The notes under the pieces are model-generated. The model did not search any database and had not been told where the DNA came from. It saw only the letters and a program-made list of their open reading frames with translations. 64,000 bases of DNA from Lepidodermella squamata (lineage: Eukaryota; Animalia; Gastrotricha). The stretch spans positions 992,001 through 1,056,000 of the forward strand of contig JBLDXI010000012.1 in NCBI GenBank assembly GCA_047495785.1, written 5' to 3'. Position 1 is the first letter of the stretch, and each line of letters begins with the position of its first letter. Positions 63,546 to 64,000 of this stretch are shown one piece after another. A program made the translations under genes and the position numbers.

Positions 63546-64000
63546 CTAGGCAATAACATTTGATAATTTAAAACGTTACTGAAATTAGCCGAAATAATAT
63601 ATGGATATATTTTTCCAATGTATTTTCAATTTGAGCGGTTAGCAGAATGCGCTTTCACAGGCGATTTTATCCGATTCTCTGCTGATTTCTCTGCTGTTTC
63701 TTTTTTTTACATGAAATTACAATTACAGAATGCTGAGATGAAAATATTTGCCACATACAATTTGGTCTACTAATTATCGACGGGCTTTATTATACATTGA
63801 GCCGCCACTACTACAAGTGATTGCCGATAACAGGTGTGCGCTAATAAAATGGGCGCCTTCTTCGAAAGTTATTACACGCAATAAAGCCCCTCCCGCGTAC
63901 GCGCAGGCGTACTGACTACTGACCGACAGATTTGTTTGGCCTATTCTTGCTAATGAGTATGGGGGCATAGGCGACTAGAGAAATTCGCAGAATTGATCGA

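Overview
Eukaryotic, apparently invertebrate, genomic DNA with AT-rich spacers and many short (~50 nt) GT-AG introns. All exon models below were built by hand. In order, the window holds: two tRNA genes; a MITE with an 8-bp target duplication; a 9-exon, ~5,130-aa dynein heavy chain whose AAA1 ATPase site is degenerate; a PDE7-like phosphodiesterase with a long C-terminal tail; an NRBP/Madm pseudokinase; and a TE-rich interval. That interval has LINE 3' fragments and a young Ty3/Gypsy element with identical LTRs and a -1 frameshift signal but no integrase. Next come AMPK-alpha, an intronless divergent Cys-loop receptor, and a cluster of 8 different tRNA genes plus 3 internally deleted tRNA remnants. 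These are followed by two closely spaced genes for strongly basic, low-complexity secreted proteins (the second is missing from the ORF track) and a truncated kinase. The best candidates for something new are the basic secreted-protein pair (possibly dicistronic), the AAA1-dead dynein, the integrase-less but recently inserted LTR element, and a stem-loop-dense segment upstream of the dynein.
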